Assembly (NCBI GenBank): GCA_049579205.1
Contig: JBAUNL010000466.1
Span: forward strand, 3,393-27,392
Direction of reading: 5' to 3'
DNA from: Rhodomicrobium sp.
GTDB lineage: Bacteria; Pseudomonadota; Alphaproteobacteria; Rhizobiales; Rhodomicrobiaceae
DNA length: 24,000 bases
The notes below the pieces were generated by a model. The model ran no database searches. It saw only the letters and a list, made by a program, of their open reading frames with translations, and had not been told where the DNA came from. The position numbers and the translations under genes are program-made. Positions 19,544 to 24,000 of the stretch are shown here, piece after piece. Position 1 is the first letter of the stretch, and every line of letters starts with the position of its first letter.

Positions 19544-20492
19544 AGGCGCCAGGCGACTGCACGTCGGCGTGGAAGATAAGCTTCCGCCAATATTCCATCG
19601 GGTCTTTGCGCTTAACGAAGGCAGAATCCGGCGTATTGAACCAATCGTAGAGGCGGGTGAGAAGAAAGCGGAGAGCGGAACCTCTTGCCAGTATCGGCAG
19701 GGCCGAGATCTCTTCCTTGGAAAGCTCCCGTACAGAATTATAGCCGCTGAAAAGTGCGCGTGCCTTCGTTACGTTGAAGGCATGATCCAGCTCGAAACAC
19801 CAGGCATTCAAGCAAATTGCCAGATCATATGCAAGTAGGTCATTACAGGCGAAGTAGAAGTCTATGAAACCCGATACCTTGTCGCCGAGAAAGAAGACAT
19901 TATCCGGAAAAAGATCTGCGTGAATTACGCCCTTGGGAAGATTTTCAGGCCATTTTTTTTCAAGCAGCTTAAGCTGCTGCCCTATGCTCCCGGTCATATT
20001 AGGGTAAAGCTTGTCCGGAAGATCGCCGATTGCTTCGAAAAGATGCTTCCATCCCTTCAAAGCAAGCGCATTCTCACGATGCAACGGAAAAGTCAGGCCG
20101 CTCTGGTGGAGGCGTGCGAGAGCCGCCCCTAGGGCGGCGCAGTGTGAAGGTTGCGGCTTACGCAGTGAGTAGCCCGGCAGGAAGGTTACAATCGCAGCCG
20201 GCCTTCCTCCGAGAGTTTGCAGGATGTTGCCGTCGCGGTCATGGACTGGGCTTGGGCAGCTCACGCCGCTCTTTTCCAAGTGCTCCATGAGGCCGAGAAA
20301 AAAGGGCAGATCGTTGCTGGAAACCCGCTTCTCATATAGCGTCAAAATGAACTGGCCGCAATCTGTACCGATGTAGAAATTACTGTTCTCGACGCCTTCG
20401 GCGATGCCTTTGCACGCAGTAAGATGGCCGATATCATACCGCTCAAGCAGCGCATCGAGTTCTTCGGCCGTCACTTCCGTATAGACCGCCAT
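19533..20492 (-). CDS. thrB: homoserine kinase, type II (APH-fold ThrB)
   Basis: 319-aa ORF beginning [39 protein letters not shown] and containing ..[14 protein letters not shown]... It matches the alphaproteobacterial ThrB2 pattern. It overlaps the rnhA start by 11 nt and begins 6 nt after the ispH stop. Confidence 0.9.
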   Translation of the reverse strand: MAVYTEVTAEELDALLERYDIGHLTACKGIAEGVENSNFYIGTDCGQFILTLYEKRVSSNDLPFFLGLMEHLEKSGVSCPSPVHDRDGNILQTLGGRPAAIVTFLPGYSLRKPQPSHCAALGAALARLHQSGLTFPLHRENALALKGWKHLFEAIGDLPDKLYPNMTGSIGQQLKLLEKKWPENLPKGVIHADLFPDNVFFLGDKVSGFIDFYFACNDLLAYDLAICLNAWCFELDHAFNVTKARALFSGYNSVRELSKEEISALPILARGSALRFLLTRLYDWFNTPDSAFVKRKDPMEYWRKLIFHADVQSPGAYGI

Positions 20493-20498
20493 GTGACG

Positions 20499-21470
20499 TT
20501 ACTGAGCAGCGGCTGGCTGCAAGGCCCTTGGGATTTTGAAGATCACGTCCTCGATCGCCGTTCTTACGATCTCCAGCTTGACCTCAAAGCGCGAATTAAA
20601 CTGGTCAATGATTTCATCAACAAGAATTTCCGGAGCCGAGGCTCCCGCCGTGAGGCCCACTGTCTTGACCCTTTCTAGCAATTGCCAGGGGATTTCAGAC
20701 GCTTTTTGCACCAGCATCGCCTTAGGACACCCTGCCTTCACAGCCACTTCAACAAGGCGCTTGGAATTCGAGCTGTTAGGTGCGCCGACGACGAGCATTG
20801 CATCGCACCGCTTTGCGATTGCTTTCACAGCGCTCTGCCTATTTGTCGTGGCGTAGCAGATGTCATCCTTGTGCGGGCCTTGGATGAGGGGAAATCTTTT
20901 TTTGAGAGTTTCCACAATCTCAATAGTATCGTCTACCGAAAGCGTGGTCTGAGTAATGTATGCAAGCTTGGCTGCATCACGCGGCGTGAATCTAACGGCA
21001 TCTTTCATAGTTTCGACCAGCGTGACCGCCCCTTCCGGCAGCTGGCCAAGCGTGCCAATCACCTCCGGATGACCGGCATGGCCGATCAGGATGATTTGCA
21101 GGCCATTCGCGTGGTGCCGCTCCGCCTCAACGTGCACCTTGGAAACGAGGGGGCATGTCGCATCCAGATAAAAGAAGTTTCTTTTCGCAGCTTCCTCCGG
21201 CACCGCCTTTGGCACGCCATGCGCCGAAAAAATCACCGGCGCCCCGGTGCTTGGAATCTCGCTCAACTCTTCGACGAAAACAGCGCCCTTGGCTTCAAGG
21301 CTTTCAACAACGGTGCGATTGTGAACGATTTCATGACGGACATAGACGGGGGAACCGAATTTCTCGATCGCGAGCTCTACGATTTGAATGGCCCTGTCCA
21401 CCCCGGCGCAGAACCCCCGCGGGGCGGCGAGGAGCACCTCGAGGTGTGGTTTCGTCGTCATAGGGCCCAT
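20499..21470 (-). CDS. ispH: 4-hydroxy-3-methylbut-2-enyl diphosphate reductase
   Basis: 323-aa ORF with the three Fe-S cysteines in their conserved contexts ([32 protein letters not shown]). The start may be the Met four codons downstream (MTTKPHLEV). Confidence 0.95.
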   Translation of the reverse strand: MGPMTTKPHLEVLLAAPRGFCAGVDRAIQIVELAIEKFGSPVYVRHEIVHNRTVVESLEAKGAVFVEELSEIPSTGAPVIFSAHGVPKAVPEEAAKRNFFYLDATCPLVSKVHVEAERHHANGLQIILIGHAGHPEVIGTLGQLPEGAVTLVETMKDAVRFTPRDAAKLAYITQTTLSVDDTIEIVETLKKRFPLIQGPHKDDICYATTNRQSAVKAIAKRCDAMLVVGAPNSSNSKRLVEVAVKAGCPKAMLVQKASEIPWQLLERVKTVGLTAGASAPEILVDEIIDQFNSRFEVKLEIVRTAIEDVIFKIPRALQPAAAQ

Positions 21471-21733
21471 CTCCGTGAGAGAGCGACTTGAAATATCAGC
21501 GCGGACTCCGCAAAAAGGTCAAAATTGGCGGGGAAGGGGAGCGTCCAAGCTTGCGACCCTTTCCGCGGCCCTTTAGGTTCGCCAGGAGCGCGTTCGTAAT
21601 GCGGTGCCTTTGTTGTAACACTATGAGCGCTGCAGACCACAAAAAAGCAAGGGCGGAAAAGTCGCGGTGACATCCTTTGTGCAAACACTGAAAAAGGGCA
21701 TTGAGAGGGCAAATGAGGCTGCTAGAACCGGGA

Positions 21734-22357
21734 ATGTCGAAGGTTTTGAGCCTCGCGCTTATCGCTGCTCTGCTTAGCGGGTGCGGCATTTCGCACATGC
21801 CTTCTATCGGCGATGGGGGAATCTTCTCCTCCGGTAAGAAAGCCGACAACGCCTCTTGGACGCCAATCATCACCGAAGACAGCATGATGGCTGCCGCGCG
21901 CACCAACTCCGACGGCCCAATCGAGATGGCTGCTGCCAATGGGTGTCCCCTGCTTCAGGTGGAGGGCGGCCAGCGGGACATCACGGTCTATGAAGGCAAC
22001 CGCATAGGCGACAGCAGGGCGGTGATCCACACCGGAGCAATCACGAAAACGGCGCGGGAATGCGCTTTTGCCGGCGGCTCGGTACAGGTGAAATACGGCA
22101 TCGCGGGTCGCGTGATACTAGGACCGAAAGGCAAGCCCGGGACAATAACCTTGCCAGCGACGATGCAGGTTTTCGACAAAGCGAGCAATAAGCTCAAGTC
22201 AGAGCCGTTCACTGTCACCGTGACGATTTCGAGGGAAAATCCGTTGTCGTATTTCGCAATGGTCCGCGACGTCAACATCCCGGTCAAGGAAGGGACCGTT
22301 CCCGGAGACTACAAGATTACCATTGCTTTCGACAAAGGCAAATCCGGCGCTGCGTAG
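21734..22357 (+). CDS. hypothetical lipoprotein
   Basis: From the ATG at 21734 the translation begins MSKVLSLALIAALLSGCG, a classic lipobox LSGC. About 190 aa of mixed beta-like sequence follow. I recognise no family. Confidence 0.65.
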   Translation: MSKVLSLALIAALLSGCGISHMPSIGDGGIFSSGKKADNASWTPIITEDSMMAAARTNSDGPIEMAAANGCPLLQVEGGQRDITVYEGNRIGDSRAVIHTGAITKTARECAFAGGSVQVKYGIAGRVILGPKGKPGTITLPATMQVFDKASNKLKSEPFTVTVTISRENPLSYFAMVRDVNIPVKEGTVPGDYKITIAFDKGKSGAA

Positions 22358-22398
22358 GCTACGCCGAAAGCCATGCTGCGAGCCGGGCCAAGACACTT

Positions 22399-22435
22399 CG
22401 CAGACGGGGACCGGAGCGTTCCAATCTGCGCTTTT
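22399..22435 (+). terminator. weak candidate terminator after the lipoprotein gene
   Basis: CGCAGA(22399-22404)...TCTGCG(22425-22430) forms a 6-bp stem with an inner GGA/TCC pairing, followed by CTTTT. The loop is long, so confidence is low. Confidence 0.3.
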
Positions 22436-22452
22436 GAGAAAGGGTAGAATTT

Positions 22453-22683
22453 ATGCTTAAGCTATTCAAAGCTATCGGTAGTAGCATTTTTTTGTTGGCA
22501 ACCCTTTCAGGTCATTCAGCCTTCGCTGCGGATAGCGTAACAAATTATCTAGCGGCAGGATGGGAAATTAAAGGATTTATGTCTGATTCCTACGGGCACA
22601 CTATTCTGCTCCAGAAACAGAACAAAATAGTTATATGCCAGACACACCCCGTTGCAGGCACCAAGTGTGAAGGAGTCCAATAA
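22453..22683 (+). CDS. small secreted two-cysteine protein (hypothetical), AT-rich
   Basis: 76-aa ORF with an AAGGG Shine-Dalgarno and the signal peptide MLKLFKAIGSSIFLLATLSGHSAFA/AD. The mature peptide is about 51 aa and has 2 Cys (..IVICQTHPVAGTKCEGVQ). My hand count over 22441-22680 gives about 43% GC. A 60-nt sample at the start of the next gene gives about 60%. Confidence 0.5.
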   Translation: MLKLFKAIGSSIFLLATLSGHSAFAADSVTNYLAAGWEIKGFMSDSYGHTILLQKQNKIVICQTHPVAGTKCEGVQ

Positions 22684-22696
22684 AGCAGAGGTCTCC

Positions 22697-23368
22697 ATGG
22701 CAACCGCTAGCAACGTTCCCAATTGGCGTATCACCGGGGACTGGTGGGATCTGTGCAACTGCACCATCGGCTGCCCCTGCAATTTCGGCTCAGACCCTAC
22801 CCTCGGATATTGCGAGGGCGTCCTGACCTGGCTTATCCGCGAAGGCCATTACGGCGACCTTAAGCTTACAAAAGACCTTGCCGTCGTCCTCATCATCCAT
22901 TGGGAAGGCAATGTCATGGATAAAAACCGTGAATTCGGCTTTCTGATTGACGACCGGGCCAACCCCGGCGAACGGGCCGCGCTTGAAAAGATCTTCACAG
23001 GTTATGCCGGCGGCGTGTTCGAGGCATGGCGCGATTTGACCATCAGCCTCGATGGGGTCGAGTTCGTGCCGATGACCGTAACGCAAGATGCGGAGACGTG
23101 GCGGGTGGAAGTGCCAGGACTGGTTGACGGTCTCGGCGGGCCCTTCCGCAAATATATGGTCCCGCCTGGCGACACCTGCCGCATTTACAATGCGCCCCGG
23201 CCGGAAGTCACGCCTGGTTTCCTGACGGTGGGCGAGGCGAAGCGCAACATCGTGACCGGCGCCTTTGGCCGGAGCTGGGACTGGTCTAACCGCTCCTCCA
23301 AACATATCGCATTCGACCTGCGGGGGCCAAAGACCTTTAGCTGGCGCCGCCCGTTAAAGCGTCAATGA
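22697..23368 (+). CDS. DUF1326 domain protein
   Basis: From the ATG at 22697 (AGAGG Shine-Dalgarno) the translation reads MATASNVPNWRITGDWWDLCNCTIGCPCNFGSDPTLGYCEGVL... This is the Cys-rich N-terminal signature (C-x-C-x3-C-x-C) I associate with DUF1326. Its stop overlaps the next start as ATGA. Confidence 0.75.
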   Translation: MATASNVPNWRITGDWWDLCNCTIGCPCNFGSDPTLGYCEGVLTWLIREGHYGDLKLTKDLAVVLIIHWEGNVMDKNREFGFLIDDRANPGERAALEKIFTGYAGGVFEAWRDLTISLDGVEFVPMTVTQDAETWRVEVPGLVDGLGGPFRKYMVPPGDTCRIYNAPRPEVTPGFLTVGEAKRNIVTGAFGRSWDWSNRSSKHIAFDLRGPKTFSWRRPLKRQ

Positions 23369-24000
23369 ATTCAGATCCAGGATATAGCGGTGCTCTTTCC
23401 GGCCGCGATCGCTTCATAATCATTGTCCTTCTGCTTCTGGTCTGTGCCTCGGCCTGGTTGTTCATGGCGCATCAGGCGATGGTCATGGACGAGATGGAAG
23501 CGGCCATGTGGCGGGACATGAATATGTCCATGAATGGCATGGAGCCGTCATGGGACGCGATTGACGCCGCGCTGGTCTTTGTGATGTGGGCCGTGATGAT
23601 GGCGGCGATGATGCTGCCTGGCGCAATCCCTATGGTCACAGCGTTTGCCGCGATCAATCGGCGGCGCCGTCAGCGCAGTGCGCCGCACGTTCCTACCGCA
23701 GTTTTTGTGCTCGGCTATCTCGTTGCCTGGGCCGGCTTTTCGATTATAGCCATGGCGCTTCAATGGCTCCTGCAAAGCAAGGGCTTGCTCACGACGATGA
23801 TGCGGTCCACGTCGAACTATTGGTCGGCGGCTATATTTTTGGCAGCCGGCGTCTATCAATTCAGCCCTCTCAAGCAAAGGTGTCTTACCTATTGCCGTTC
23901 ACCCGACGGTTTTATTCTGAGTGAGTGGCGTGATGGGGCGCTTGGCAGCGCAATCATGGGGTTTCGCCATGGGTTGTTCTGTACGGGGTGCTGCGCGGCG
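23365..24000 (+). CDS. DUF2182 domain integral membrane protein (predicted metal-binding), 5' part
   Basis: The frame is open from the ATG at 23365 to the window edge (212 codons), so it is absent from the ORF track. My translation is MNSDPGYSGALSGRDRFIIIVLLLLVCASAWLFMAHQAMVMDEMEAAMWRDMNMSMNGMEPSW..VMWAVMMAAMMLPGAIPMV..SPLKQRCLTYCRSP..GLFCTGCCAA. It has multiple transmembrane helices, Met-rich stretches and Cys pairs typical of DUF2182. Confidence 0.75.
   Translation, partial: MNSDPGYSGALSGRDRFIIIVLLLLVCASAWLFMAHQAMVMDEMEAAMWRDMNMSMNGMEPSWDAIDAALVFVMWAVMMAAMMLPGAIPMVTAFAAINRRRRQRSAPHVPTAVFVLGYLVAWAGFSIIAMALQWLLQSKGLLTTMMRSTSNYWSAAIFLAAGVYQFSPLKQRCLTYCRSPDGFILSEWRDGALGSAIMGFRHGLFCTGCCAA

Noticed and set aside
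20682-21491. 269-aa plus-strand ORF
   Set aside because: It is antisense to ispH over its whole length and has no family signature. I treat it as a shadow ORF.
21496-21939. 147-aa minus-strand ORF across the ispH/lipoprotein intergenic region
   Set aside because: It overlaps the start of the lipoprotein gene on the opposite strand, has no Shine-Dalgarno and has no recognisable features. It is probably spurious.
22652-22696. Upstream start (MQAPSVKESNKAEVS) for the DUF1326 ORF
   Set aside because: It would overlap the end of the small secreted-protein gene. The ATG at 22697 has a Shine-Dalgarno and coincides with the conserved N-terminal motif.

Overview
The window looks like core chromosome of an alphaproteobacterium, probably Hyphomicrobiales/Rhizobiales-like. 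That inference rests on gene order (mdh-sucC, an F1-only atpHAGDC operon, ispH-thrB-rnhA) and roughly 55-60% GC. Almost all of it is densely packed housekeeping genes, mostly on the minus strand. In order: sucC (5' part), mdh, a Sel1-repeat lipoprotein, a ThiE/TenI-like protein, gap, atpH-atpA-atpG-atpD-atpC, rppH, an EnvC-like M23 protein plus ctpA, a Prx5-type peroxiredoxin, rnhA, thrB and ispH.

There are two small accessory-looking islets:
- About 5.9-8.6 kb: DUF1801, an 84-aa ORF, a VOC-ArsR-SRPBCC operon whose SRPBCC gene is frameshifted and carries a foreign-looking tail, and a 480-bp non-coding gap.
- About 21.7-24.0 kb: a lipoprotein, an AT-rich small secreted protein, and a translationally coupled DUF1326/DUF2182 pair.

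I found no tRNA, rRNA, CRISPR array, transposase, integrase or recognisable defence system.

The most unusual feature is an ~870-nt stop-free stretch with coding-like composition between atpG and atpD. It is in frame with atpD and would give a 768-aa beta subunit. The canonical atpD ATG nevertheless keeps its own strong Shine-Dalgarno.

All family assignments come from reading the translations and recalling motifs. No database search was run.
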